Shown piece after piece: positions 1 through 9,228 of a DNA stretch of 41,792 nucleotides (position 1 is its first letter; each line of letters begins with the position of its first letter). The position numbers and the translations under genes are program-made. The DNA is taken from positions 1 to 41,792 of the IMG/VR virus record IMGVR_UViG_3300044613_002570. One strand, given 5' to 3'. Source of the DNA: a virus (taxonomy: Duplodnaviria; Caudoviricetes). The notes beneath the pieces are model-generated. The model searched no databases. It saw nothing but the letters and a program-made list of their open reading frames with translations, and was not told the DNA's origin.

Positions 1-966
1 GACTTTATTCTGCGCGATGGCCGTGATCCAGGCCGGATTCGAGTACGAACCTGTGAGCGACACGTAGGCGGCATTCGCGGCTGACGTTGTCAGGAAGCTG
101 GAATCAATCTGATTCACTGGCACCAGTCCGCCGACCAGGTCCGCCTTTGTTGCCAGACTTGCGGCCAGTCCCGTGATCTTCGCTGAATCCAGCGCTGTGA
201 TCCATGCCGGATTCGAGTACGACCCTGCGAGCGCCACGTATGCAGAATTTGCTGCCGACGTCGTCACGAAGCTGGATGGATTGCCAGACAATGGATAAGC
301 GTCTGTGATGCCGTAACCGGTCAGAGTTGTCGGCGTGCCGGTGAGCGATGCGAACGAATGTGAATGTCCGGCCGCTGAAGCGTCTGTGATACCGTAACCG
401 GTCAGAGTTGTCGGCTTGCCGGTGAGCGATGCGAACGAATGTGAATGTCCGGCCGCTGAATAGTTTGCGGCCAGATAGGACGTCAGGTCTGTCTGGTTTG
501 AAACTGTGCCGCTGATCTGTCCCCAGACTGCTGTTGCGTCTGTCAGTTCCACATAGACCGAACCGCTCCATCGGTAGGTCTTTCCTGTGTCGATCGTCAC
601 GTAGATTTTGCCGGTGGCGCCAGTCCCTGGAAGTGACGCGAAATTGTTGGCTTCGATGACGTCATCAACGAACGACGGCAATTGATTCGACGGAACCAGT
701 CCGCCGACCAGATCGGCTTTCGCGGCCAGGCTTGCGGCCAGTCCTGTGATTTTCGAGGAATCCAGTGCCGTGATCCAAGCCGGATTCGAGTACGCGCCTG
801 CGAGCGCCACATAGGCCGCGTCTGCCTCTTGCTTTGAGTACAGACCTTGACTCGACCGCAGTTCTTCTGGCGTGAGTGCTTTTGAGAATCCAACCCCGTC
901 AGACGCCAATACACGAACAGTCGTCTCTTTTGTTTGGATCGTCTCTTGCGTTGGGTTAGATGGCAT
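1..966 (-). CDS. Tail fibre protein, 3'-truncated by window edge (not in supplied ORF track)
   Basis: Manual translation from ATG at 966 is open to position 1: MPSNPTQETIQTKETTVRVLASDG...KADLVGGLVPSNQLPSFVDDVIE...LPGTGATGKIYVTIDTGKTYRWSGSVYV...GHSHSFASLTGKPTTLTGYGITDA (x2) and YSNPAWITA (x3). HxH and PTTLxGYGITDA repeats are typical of phage tail fibres. Confidence 0.85.
   Translation of the reverse strand, partial: MPSNPTQETIQTKETTVRVLASDGVGFSKALTPEELRSSQGLYSKQEADAAYVALAGAYSNPAWITALDSSKITGLAASLAAKADLVGGLVPSNQLPSFVDDVIEANNFASLPGTGATGKIYVTIDTGKTYRWSGSVYVELTDATAVWGQISGTVSNQTDLTSYLAANYSAAGHSHSFASLTGKPTTLTGYGITDASAAGHSHSFASLTGTPTTLTGYGITDAYPLSGNPSSFVTTSAANSAYVALAGSYSNPAWITALDSAKITGLAASLATKADLVGGLVPVNQIDSSFLTTSAANAAYVSLTGSYSNPAWITAIAQNKV
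297..460 (-). repeat. Tandem 81-bp (27-aa) coding repeat in tail fibre
   Basis: Two near-identical units (about 297-379 and 378-460) encoding SAAGHSHSFASLTG(K/T)PTTLTGYGITDA. Confidence 0.9.
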
Positions 967-975
967 CTTCAGCCC

Positions 976-1302
976 CTAAAACTTTTGACCTGTCGTGTTC
1001 TCGACAACTTCGGCTGTTACATCGAGCGACTGCGAATCGATTGTCAGCTTCAGCCATTTTTTGCACGCCGGACACTCAACCTGTTCATCATCGATTGTTG
1101 GCGGGAAATATGTCCAGAAATGACCTGCCAGCATTCCCAGCACAAACACTGACGCCGGTGACTTAAACCCCAGCTTCTGCATCCATGTGGAAATCAATGC
1201 ACGCCGGTTTCCGGTGACGAACGCCACAACTTCCCATACCAACACGACAAGCCCGACCGCAATGATGATCACGCCTGTTCCGGTCATGTTAAGACTTGGC
1301 AT
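976..1302 (-). CDS. Small membrane protein with 2 hydrophobic segments and a C-terminal CxxC; holin-like candidate
   Basis: Hydrophobic runs VIIIAVGLVVLVWEVVAFV and SVFVLGMLAGHFW; CPAC near the C-terminus; overlaps the upstream gene. Confidence 0.5.
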   Translation of the reverse strand: MPSLNMTGTGVIIIAVGLVVLVWEVVAFVTGNRRALISTWMQKLGFKSPASVFVLGMLAGHFWTYFPPTIDDEQVECPACKKWLKLTIDSQSLDVTAEVVENTTGQKF

Positions 1303-1798
1303 GCGTGAGTTGTTTCACTTCGATTGTCAGTAGATTGATCGCCGTAGTCAGATGTTCTTTCGACTCATGATGAAGACTGGAATGAACTTCCACCCCCTCA
1401 CGAAGATCCGACAACGCCCCCAGATAGTGTTCGTCTCGTATCTTCAGGGCTTCCAGAAACGCCATGCGTTCTTCGCGTCGTTCCGCATCCCTGCGTGATT
1501 CCTGATATGGGATATGTCTGGTGACAAGCCAGACAAACAGGCTCAGCATGACACCAACGGCCCCCCACTGCATAAACCGACTGTTCAAAGCGTTAGCGAC
1601 CAGGTCGATTTCCTGATTCGGGTGAAAATGCCGTGCTGTATCTTGAGAGATTAACGCCGCCAGCAACTGGTTTGACCCCCACAAATCTATGATCGCCATG
1701 AATGCCAGGATGATTACGAACGCAAACATGCCGCGCATTTGTCCCTCCTGCGTCCGCCCCCCAGGACTTCCTTTCGTGTGCGTGAGTGTGTCCCGCAT
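1289..1798 (-). CDS. Membrane protein with 2 TM segments and coiled-coil C-terminus; holin-like candidate (true start probably ~1738)
   Basis: MFAFVIILAFMAII and WGAVGVMLSLFVWLV hydrophobic segments followed by a charged helix; GGAGG-like RBS precedes MRGMFAF. Confidence 0.5.
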   Translation of the reverse strand: MRDTLTHTKGSPGGRTQEGQMRGMFAFVIILAFMAIIDLWGSNQLLAALISQDTARHFHPNQEIDLVANALNSRFMQWGAVGVMLSLFVWLVTRHIPYQESRRDAERREERMAFLEALKIRDEHYLGALSDLREGVEVHSSLHHESKEHLTTAINLLTIEVKQLTHAKS

Positions 1799-1834
1799 AT
1801 GGTAGCGATCCGTCTTGAAATGGCAATTGCATTC

Positions 1835-2068
1835 CTATTGGTTGCGATTCCCATAATAGGTCCGTGGACCTATTTGAACTTCCGTTGCGAATTCCGTGCA
1901 GACGTCACAGGCGAGAACCAGTGTTTTGTCGTCTGAATTCAGCATGACCAGAAGTTTTCTGCGATCGTATTCCGTTGCGACACAATCACTTTTGTGTCGT
2001 CGGCAGATCCACAAGTCCGGCGTTCCGCAGCACGTGTGCCGTTTTGCCCCTCTGTGGATGCACTCCAT
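1835..2068 (-). CDS. Small Cys-rich protein, paralog of the N-terminal Cys-rich domain of the adjacent glycosyltransferase
   Basis: CIHRG-x5-CCG-x-P-x-LWICR-x4-DC-x-ATE...CxxC matches an internal segment of the 2072..3910 product. Confidence 0.75.
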   Translation of the reverse strand: MECIHRGAKRHTCCGTPDLWICRRHKSDCVATEYDRRKLLVMLNSDDKTLVLACDVCTEFATEVQIGPRTYYGNRNQ

Positions 2069-2071
2069 GTT

Positions 2072-3910
2072 TCAGTCCCGCGACGTATCAAACTCATCGC
2101 CAGTGAAGTGATCGGCGGTGACGCCGCGATGCAACAATCGTTTCCACCAGCCATTGTCAGCCGCCTTGCAGTTGGCCGCGAACTCCACATCGAAGAATTT
2201 GTGCGGCCCATCGCCGGACAATGGGAAACGTCTTAGCAGTGATCGACGTGTCAGAAGCAAACCGAACCCTGTCCCGTCAACCTCTTCGATCCCTTCACCG
2301 TGAAGACTTGAGAACGATTCATTTCCGAGAAACGGAACTCTGAATGCACAGCACTTGTCTGACTGATACCGCTGCCTGTAGACGCCGGAAACGCCTGACA
2401 CCCATGGCCCCATTTCTCTCAGCAACAGTTCGATGGCGTTCTTCTGATGCGGCACCACATCGTCTTCGATAATGACCGCGTATTCGGTCCCCAGCAGTCT
2501 GATTGCGGTGTTGTAGACTGCACCCACGGCCGCTTCAACGGCTTTGCTGACACCTGGATTGTTCCGCCGTTCTTTGTCAGCCAGATTCTTCACGCCAGCG
2601 TCAATTCGCTCAATCTGAATTGACCCCTGCCAGTCCTCAAGTCCCAGCATGGCGGTTGTCAGTGGCGCGTGATACGAATTGATGATCATCAGCCTGAGTT
2701 GATGCAGTGGCCACGTCTGTGACGACAGCCACGCTCTGAGTTTTCCCCAGACACTCCATCGCCCACTGAACGCGATCACGATTGTCAGAGTTTCATTCTC
2801 GAAGTCCGCATCGTTCCAGTACACATTGTTCGGCCGCAACGACATGTTGTTGCCGTGCATCCGGTAGGACAAAGGCGTGTTCATCTTTTTGGCGATCCAT
2901 GCGCCAGAACGCAGAATTGCTTTTGCGATCCTCCAGTCCTGCGACCAGCACTTTGAACCGTCGATCTTTCCGCCACGGAACACCAACGACTGATGCACCA
3001 GTTCTGTGCGAATTACAGACCCTGCGCTCACCCAGTTTCGCTGTTCAATGTCGTCCGCTGTCAACTGAAACGGCGCTCGCTCTGTCCCGTGCGCTGGACC
3101 TGATGCGCCGCCAAAGTATTCCAAATGCGGATATACGATCGCAATCCGACGATCCTCTTTGAAGACTGTCATCGCGTCTGCGAAGTAGTTTTCCGGAATC
3201 ATGTCGTCCGCATCGATGAATGCCACGTACGTGCTGGTGACATGAGAAAGCCCGATGCCTCTGGCTTCATGCACGTCCCGCACTTCACATCGAACGTACT
3301 GCACGCCTTCGAACTGATCGACGATTTCTTTCGGATTGTCCGTGCTGGAGTCGTCAACCACGATGATCTGCGAGACAGATTTCCGCTGTGCTTTGATTGA
3401 CTGCAGACACTCGCCAAGAAATCGTGCGTAGTTGTGGCATGGAACAACAACTGAAATTGTTGTCGTGTCGAGTTCAACGATTCGCGTGACAGAAGATTCT
3501 TCACGATGCACGCAGGTCTCGCATACCTGCAATGCCTGCGACTCTGGTGTTCCAACAACAGACGCCAGCTTTCTTTTGTTCTGCTCTGTTGCAATGCAAT
3601 CAATCTGCAGCTTCCTGCAGATCCATAGTTGTGGTGAACCGCAACAGACGTTCCTTGCTGACCCTCGGTGAATGCATGGAACTGGATCTGGGAGCACTAC
3701 AGCAGCAGACTGAACCGGGGATGGCGGGCCGATCGCGATCAGTTCAAACTCGGTTTTCTGCCGCGTCAACTCATCGCCAATTGCTTCAGTCACCACCCTG
3801 CGCGATCCATCCCCAGCCAAACTCCCGAGTTTGGCACCGACGTGTTTTTTAACAAATTCCAATGCTGATTCTTCGCTGGTCCTACCGAGGCATAGCATGA
3901 CTACAAACAC
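2072..3910 (-). CDS. Glycosyltransferase with two GT-A (GT2-like) domains and an N-terminal Cys-rich domain
   Basis: ISVVVPCHNYARFLGECLQSI...IIVVDDSSTD...FIDADD (GT2 with DxD); second domain LTIVIAFSGR...IIEDDVVP...GTGFGLLLTRR. Start may be ATG 3898. Confidence 0.85.
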   Translation of the reverse strand: MFVVMLCLGRTSEESALEFVKKHVGAKLGSLAGDGSRRVVTEAIGDELTRQKTEFELIAIGPPSPVQSAAVVLPDPVPCIHRGSARNVCCGSPQLWICRKLQIDCIATEQNKRKLASVVGTPESQALQVCETCVHREESSVTRIVELDTTTISVVVPCHNYARFLGECLQSIKAQRKSVSQIIVVDDSSTDNPKEIVDQFEGVQYVRCEVRDVHEARGIGLSHVTSTYVAFIDADDMIPENYFADAMTVFKEDRRIAIVYPHLEYFGGASGPAHGTERAPFQLTADDIEQRNWVSAGSVIRTELVHQSLVFRGGKIDGSKCWSQDWRIAKAILRSGAWIAKKMNTPLSYRMHGNNMSLRPNNVYWNDADFENETLTIVIAFSGRWSVWGKLRAWLSSQTWPLHQLRLMIINSYHAPLTTAMLGLEDWQGSIQIERIDAGVKNLADKERRNNPGVSKAVEAAVGAVYNTAIRLLGTEYAVIIEDDVVPHQKNAIELLLREMGPWVSGVSGVYRQRYQSDKCCAFRVPFLGNESFSSLHGEGIEEVDGTGFGLLLTRRSLLRRFPLSGDGPHKFFDVEFAANCKAADNGWWKRLLHRGVTADHFTGDEFDTSRD

Positions 3911-3949
3911 TCCGGGGAAATGACTGACGTTAGAAATAGGGCAAAGACA

Positions 3950-4030
3950 CTATTGTCCGTTGAACTGAATTTGAGGTCGAATTGCCCGGATATGGTTTCC
4001 ATCCGGCCGACTCCAAGTTTTGCAAACCAT
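3950..4030 (-). pseudogene. 26-aa truncated fourth copy of the CxTWS cassette family
   Basis: ATG 4030 preceded by GAGGT RBS; MVCKTWSRPDGNHIRAIRPQIQFNGQ* matches the N-terminus of 4042..4650 at 14 of the first 15 residues, then diverges and stops. Confidence 0.7.
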
Positions 4031-4041
4031 GATTACCTCAA

Positions 4042-4650
4042 TCAGAATGGCTCAGTCGAGATTGAAACGCTCAAACAATTTCCAGCCGGTCCGCTGTGAT
4101 AACCGAGTACCGCAGACCCACGTGAGCTAGTACACCACGGGACTGACCCCGTGTACGCGCAGGCCAGTTGGCCAGGAAGCGGACCAGGTAAAGCGCCGCC
4201 GGTGATCATTTGCGCGTAATAGAAACCGACCCGAATTCCAGCCCTGCGTGACCCAAACGGACCGGTGGGTCCGCCTATCCACAACATGCCTATGTTTTGT
4301 GGATGGCCCACAAACTCTTCGCATGGTCTCGGCGGATCAAAAATCGTAGTGAAGTAGTTGATTTGCGCAGCGGGACCACCAGCGGCATTACACTTACCCG
4401 TCAGCACATGCTGGCCGAGAAACGAATTCATTACGCAGTCAGACAGAAATGTGTCCATGATTTTAGTCACGGAAAGATAGTAAATCTGCCTCGCCTTCTC
4501 AGGAGCAAAGCATCCGCAGTCCGGAACGAGAGTGTCGATCGGAGTAACGCAGATTGAGCAGTTGTTTGAATTCCCCTCGGCGAACAATTCGTTCGTGCAA
4601 AGTCCACGAATGTGATTCCCATCCGGCTGGCTCCATGTTTTGCAGACCAA
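4042..4650 (-). CDS. Cys-rich tail-associated cassette protein 3 (start reassigned to TTG 4650)
   Basis: GAAGGAGGTG RBS and upstream stop directly precede TTG-GTC-TGC-AAA-ACA-TGG, giving MVCKTWS...LCTN...CSICVTP, the N-terminus shared with neighbours. Confidence 0.7.
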   Translation of the reverse strand: MVCKTWSQPDGNHIRGLCTNELFAEGNSNNCSICVTPIDTLVPDCGCFAPEKARQIYYLSVTKIMDTFLSDCVMNSFLGQHVLTGKCNAAGGPAAQINYFTTIFDPPRPCEEFVGHPQNIGMLWIGGPTGPFGSRRAGIRVGFYYAQMITGGALPGPLPGQLACAYTGSVPWCTSSRGSAVLGYHSGPAGNCLSVSISTEPF

Positions 4651-4651
4651 T

Positions 4652-5794
4652 TTACACCTCCTTCCGTTGAACCACGATTGACGCAGGCCAGCCAGTCGCC
4701 ATTTCACTGCCATCGCTGAACTGAGTGTTGATCCCACTTGAACTCGGGGCTAACGTAGACCAGCCCGGAAACGAGCCGCCCCGCTGCACCGCAGACATGA
4801 CGTATCCGCCGATTCCAGTTATGGTCGATGCCGAGTTAGGCGTGGACAGCGACGTGTAAACGGCCGACACCGCCTGCTTCGTCAACGTAAAACTTGTAGC
4901 CGCCAGAAACGCAGCCCGATCGGTTGTCGAAAATCGGTAGTTTGCGAACGTGACCGCCCCAGGAGAATTCCCAGCCACCCGATTGATGAAGCCGTCGACT
5001 GATACACCGGTGTTCTCAATTCCGTAGCTCCACGGAAAAGTGCCAGACCGGTTGGCATATCCCAGCTTGACGCCGTTCTGGAGCGATGAAGTCTGTTCAA
5101 GGTGAGCCGCAACCGAAACGTTGTACGTTGTGACCGGATCATCCCAGTCAGGACCACCGATGACGTCCGGAGTTTCAGCCCAATACTCCAGCGAGTAAAT
5201 CAACCGGCACTTAACGAGTTCAAGATTGCGGATGTTCCATTTTTGTGGATGCGGATAGCTGTCAACAGGCGGAGTGATTGTGGTCACCCGGGGAACCTCA
5301 GTCTGAAGAATGATCTTCGACACACTGATACCGAATCCGCATTTCACATTGTCGCCGGAAACCGTCTCCGTGCCCGGCTGAATGATTGCCTTTTTGACCG
5401 CAAAAGGATCAACGTTCGTGATCAGCGTCGCGCCCCAGATGTTACCTGAGGCTCCATGGTTCCAGAAGAACTCGTATCCATTCGTTGTGTCGAACGTGAT
5501 GATTGTCGCTGGCCATCCAGAAGCGAATTGCACGAAAGATCCACCACGGGGGTTTGTGATGTCATCCTTCCATGGACTCAACCCCGGATAGGAGAACGAC
5601 ACCGAAACCGGCGTCTTGATCAGAAGCATGTACGTCTTTGTTTCTTTAGGCAGTATCACCTTTGAGCATGGTGTCACAGTTGCGTTTTGAAACGGAGTAA
5701 CGCAGATCGGGCATGATTCCGGGGAATAAAACCGATTCGTGCATAGCGGGTTGAAATACTTTTCAGCCAGCAGACTCCACGTTTTGCATGTCAT
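4652..5794 (-). CDS. Tail-associated cassette protein 2 (beta-rich, putative receptor-binding/adhesin)
   Basis: N-terminus MTCKTWS...PLCTN...CPICVTP followed by an unrelated Thr/Ser/Gly/aromatic-rich body. Confidence 0.65.
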   Translation of the reverse strand: MTCKTWSLLAEKYFNPLCTNRFYSPESCPICVTPFQNATVTPCSKVILPKETKTYMLLIKTPVSVSFSYPGLSPWKDDITNPRGGSFVQFASGWPATIITFDTTNGYEFFWNHGASGNIWGATLITNVDPFAVKKAIIQPGTETVSGDNVKCGFGISVSKIILQTEVPRVTTITPPVDSYPHPQKWNIRNLELVKCRLIYSLEYWAETPDVIGGPDWDDPVTTYNVSVAAHLEQTSSLQNGVKLGYANRSGTFPWSYGIENTGVSVDGFINRVAGNSPGAVTFANYRFSTTDRAAFLAATSFTLTKQAVSAVYTSLSTPNSASTITGIGGYVMSAVQRGGSFPGWSTLAPSSSGINTQFSDGSEMATGWPASIVVQRKEV

Positions 5795-5805
5795 CGCTTT
5801 ACTCG

Positions 5806-6471
5806 CTAGACAGGGCCAACCGTGACACTTGTGCCAGGTTCAATAGGGACGTAAACGCGCGGGAATGTATCATCGTGCCGCCACTCGGTCATGGTATGAA
5901 TCTCCCGGCAGTTTCCGGTCAGTCTTTCCGGCAGGTACTTCCGGAAGATCGCCCGACCGAATTCGGAACCCCGCGCCCACCACATCGTCACATAAATGTA
6001 CTCACCGGGGGCAGAACTCTTCGGGAACGTCACCTCAAACCGTGGCGTCCCCGTCCACGGCGTGCAGTCCCCAACTTGAACCGGTGCTTCCTGCGAATTC
6101 CAGCCATCGCAGTTTGAGTTTTCAGCGTAAACCGTAAACGCTCCGTTGTAGGCGGCATGGCAAGCAACCTCAAACACTCCGGCAAGTGGATTCGTGTACT
6201 TCCACCACGGCTGGAAATAGGCGATGTTGATTAACGGCATGTTCAGCGTAACCTTGAGCATCGGCTTCCACGTCCGCTCCAGAATTGCCGTGGGCCAAAC
6301 GCCCGACTTGATCACCTTGCCAAGATAGGTGTCGCAAGTCTGGCCGATCGGAAGCGGCGTCACGCAGATTGAACATGCTTTCGAAGGATTGCCCGTTTCC
6401 GGCAGGAGTTGAGCAGAGCACAATGGCGAGGTGTAAGCGCCAGCCCATGGCGACCATGTTCGACAGACCAT
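5806..6471 (-). CDS. Tail-associated cassette protein 1 (start reassigned to ATG 6471)
   Basis: GGAGG RBS then MVCRTWS...PLCS...CSICVTP; abuts the stop of the upstream gene. Confidence 0.65.
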   Translation of the reverse strand: MVCRTWSPWAGAYTSPLCSAQLLPETGNPSKACSICVTPLPIGQTCDTYLGKVIKSGVWPTAILERTWKPMLKVTLNMPLINIAYFQPWWKYTNPLAGVFEVACHAAYNGAFTVYAENSNCDGWNSQEAPVQVGDCTPWTGTPRFEVTFPKSSAPGEYIYVTMWWARGSEFGRAIFRKYLPERLTGNCREIHTMTEWRHDDTFPRVYVPIEPGTSVTVGPV

Positions 6472-6472
6472 T

Positions 6473-7219
6473 CTATGCCTCCGGATCTGGAACAGCGCCA
6501 TCAACGCAGAGCGTCACAACAGGCCCGTAAGCTCCCCACGTCATCGTCAGCGTTCCATCCATGGTCGTGTCAGCAGTCGCTGAACTTCCATCAAGGTACG
6601 TAGCCGTGAGAAGATTCCCTATGTCCTGAGTCCAAGCGGTTCCGGCTGTATTCAGCGAAATATCATAGGTTCCAGCCGGAAACAGAATATCGCCAAACTC
6701 CCCTTCAAACGTTTCCGCATTCATCTCGATCGACCAGGTGGATGCCGTTTCCATGCCGTTCACGATGGCACTTCCGTCAGCGATGCAGGTACACGGACAA
6801 CTTCCTGTCCCGCTGCTGTCAGATGACCCACCTCCTGTCGACTTTGCCACAACCGGAATGATGTGCTGCGCGTTTTTTGTGTCTGTCGCATCGAACTGTG
6901 CGCCGTTCTCGTCATCAGATCCGGCAGTCCATTCCCCACTCAAAGCGCCGATGGATGTACCGACTGATGCCGTCTCTGAAGTTTTCACCAAAACAAACTG
7001 CGCATCAAGATAATGAATTGCAGTGCCCTCTTTGTTGTTTGGCAGTGGTGCACCACCATTGACGACATAGATTCCCTCATCGCCGTCTGGCTTCATCAGC
7101 GTATAAAGTGGCACGTCTGCGTTGACACCGTCGTAGCGCGTGACTGCACCCAGCCGCGCCATCGCATACGCTGGCCAGGTTTCTCCTGTTGTGTTCTTAA
7201 CATGAAACAGTGTTTTCAT
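6473..7219 (-). CDS. Putative tail-tip structural protein with Gly/Ser linker and CPCTC motif
   Basis: ATGA overlap with the upstream gene; two domains joined by GGGSSDSSGTGSCPCTC; tail-module position. Confidence 0.55.
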   Translation of the reverse strand: MKTLFHVKNTTGETWPAYAMARLGAVTRYDGVNADVPLYTLMKPDGDEGIYVVNGGAPLPNNKEGTAIHYLDAQFVLVKTSETASVGTSIGALSGEWTAGSDDENGAQFDATDTKNAQHIIPVVAKSTGGGSSDSSGTGSCPCTCIADGSAIVNGMETASTWSIEMNAETFEGEFGDILFPAGTYDISLNTAGTAWTQDIGNLLTATYLDGSSATADTTMDGTLTMTWGAYGPVVTLCVDGAVPDPEA

Positions 7220-9225
7220 GCGATCCCCTGCGCTGAAATGTCAATCGGGTTCTGTTGTGGAATGATTTCAATGATGGCCTGCTGCGCTCGGAAGTCCTGC
7301 AGAGCAAACTCAGCACGCTCTCTCTGCTGTTCCTGCAAACGCTTCAGTTTGGCCGGTGGCTGCGTTGGATCGAACGACCCGCCAATTGACACCATCGTCT
7401 TGCCGACTTCCAAAACGCCCGAATAGGAAACCTGATGCGTCACGCCGCTGGTGTCGATCGCTCGGAATGGCGTGTAGGTTTTCTTCTGCGGCGCCGGGAA
7501 ATTCTGATATTGCTTCATGAATTCCGTGGCTGACGCATCCAGAATTGCATCAATGGCTGCGGTGTTGTTGATGACCGGATCGAGGATTGACAAATCGTTG
7601 TAGTCTGACCCGTAGTTCTGCACTCGGTATTCACTCACGTCAGACCTGTTGACCACGGCATTCGCGACGTTCAAATTATTGCCTGTCGCCTTATCGAATC
7701 GCCGGTGATACCGCGTCCCGTATGGCTTCGCTCGAAATCCGTAGGCGCATCGCACGTACAATTCTGCTGGCTTAATACCGGTTTCGAACTGGTAGGCCGG
7801 TTTATTGAGAATCACATGCCCCTTTGTCCCGTCAATTCTGAATCCATGTTTCCACACGGCCAGCTTTGTGGTCACGCGATTCCGCAGACGGAAATCATCT
7901 TCTTTGAACTTGCCACAGATTTCTGCCGGTTTCCTTTTTCGCCGACCTAGTTCATCCAGCCCGCTTTCGATTCTGGTTGTCATGAGTGGCAACATCAGCT
8001 TTGTATCAATGGCCGTTACTCCAGGCGGAATGATCACATAATGCGGCTGTCCAGCAGCTTTTCTAGCCGCGTCCATCGCACTCTGTGTGCCTGAATTGAT
8101 AACTGGATTTGCGTTTGGATTTGCAATCAGAAACGGATCGATCAGCGCCCACAGCGTTGAATGCGTGTTCTTTGCCGTGATGCCAACATACTCTGTGCCT
8201 GTCCATATGACAGTCCGCGCGTTTGCTATCACATAGACCTTTGACGAATCGCCCTGCCCTGGCAGGTTTCCAATAGCCGCCACTGAAGCTTCGAGCGTGA
8301 ACCCAGGAAAAAACAACTGCCCCTTTGGAAACCCGACGACGCGAAGCATTCGATAGATTGTTTGATTTGCCAGTGAAGCTATCTTGTCGATTTCCTCTTC
8401 AGGCATTGTTCCGCGCAATCGCGTCGTGAGTGTCGACGTGTATCCGTGCGATGGATCTCCAATCGTCCAGCCCTCTGCTGGCGCGTAAGAAAGCATATTG
8501 ATTGGCTTCACTGCGCCGCCGATTTCCAGCCCGATATCCTCCGTGACCAGCCAACTATCGAACAACGTGTCACCCGCATAGGCGGACACATAGTCTGGCG
8601 CGATGTTTGTGATCAGCCCCGATTCCACTGGAAGCATCAGGCCCGTGTTGTCAGGGACCGACCCCGTGTTGTCCGTGATAATCCTGACGGAATTGTCATT
8701 CATCAGATGCACGCTGCACCCGAACAGAGAACAGATACGATCCAGAATCGCGGCTGCGCTTTCATACTTCCAGATCACATGCGGTGCCAGTTGCGCATCT
8801 ATTGGCAGTGCCGACACGTCGAACGATCCGCCTGTTGGCGCATGCAGCGCTTGAAGTGCCAGCAGTGCGAGTTCCTGTGCGTTTTTCTCTGTGCCTGCAA
8901 TCAGCAGATTGGCATCATCCCTGACGTTGTACTCACCATTCAGTGTCGGCGTTTTCCATCGCCATCGGCGATCGGCAATTTTGTAGACAATGTTGCGATT
9001 CTGATCGTACTGCTCACGCGGCGAAATCAGCATGCATCCCGCGAACGTCACGACCGGTGTGTCACCGTTCGTTAAGACCAGATCACCAATAAAACTGCTG
9101 GGCAACGCGCTGCCCTGACGAAACACAATCTGCCCGATATCCGGCGCCACGCCAGGCGATCGGGTCATTGACATTGACACCTGAACTTCAAGCCCGCCAA
9201 AGAATGCCTTGCATCGAATCGCCAT
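7216..9225 (-). CDS. Putative tail-tip/baseplate hub protein
   Basis: 669 aa downstream of tape measure and Dit-like gene; N-terminal beta-rich region with IADRRWRWK and a LDRICSLFGCSVHL helix resembling hub-type proteins. Largely positional call. Confidence 0.5.
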   Translation of the reverse strand: MAIRCKAFFGGLEVQVSMSMTRSPGVAPDIGQIVFRQGSALPSSFIGDLVLTNGDTPVVTFAGCMLISPREQYDQNRNIVYKIADRRWRWKTPTLNGEYNVRDDANLLIAGTEKNAQELALLALQALHAPTGGSFDVSALPIDAQLAPHVIWKYESAAAILDRICSLFGCSVHLMNDNSVRIITDNTGSVPDNTGLMLPVESGLITNIAPDYVSAYAGDTLFDSWLVTEDIGLEIGGAVKPINMLSYAPAEGWTIGDPSHGYTSTLTTRLRGTMPEEEIDKIASLANQTIYRMLRVVGFPKGQLFFPGFTLEASVAAIGNLPGQGDSSKVYVIANARTVIWTGTEYVGITAKNTHSTLWALIDPFLIANPNANPVINSGTQSAMDAARKAAGQPHYVIIPPGVTAIDTKLMLPLMTTRIESGLDELGRRKRKPAEICGKFKEDDFRLRNRVTTKLAVWKHGFRIDGTKGHVILNKPAYQFETGIKPAELYVRCAYGFRAKPYGTRYHRRFDKATGNNLNVANAVVNRSDVSEYRVQNYGSDYNDLSILDPVINNTAAIDAILDASATEFMKQYQNFPAPQKKTYTPFRAIDTSGVTHQVSYSGVLEVGKTMVSIGGSFDPTQPPAKLKRLQEQQRERAEFALQDFRAQQAIIEIIPQQNPIDISAQGIA

Positions 9226-9228
9226 GAA

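Noticed and set aside
297-460. 81-bp direct repeat as possible CRISPR or regulatory repeat
   Set aside because: No spacers; period is a multiple of 3 and it encodes tail-fibre repeats on the minus strand.
104-914. Supplied ORFs 104..571 and 597..914
   Set aside because: Alternative frames overlapping the real tail-fibre frame starting at 966.
3950-6471. Diversity-generating retroelement or invertase shufflon behind the cassette array
   Set aside because: No reverse transcriptase or recombinase in the window, no adenine-specific TR/VR pair, and all cassettes are in the same orientation.
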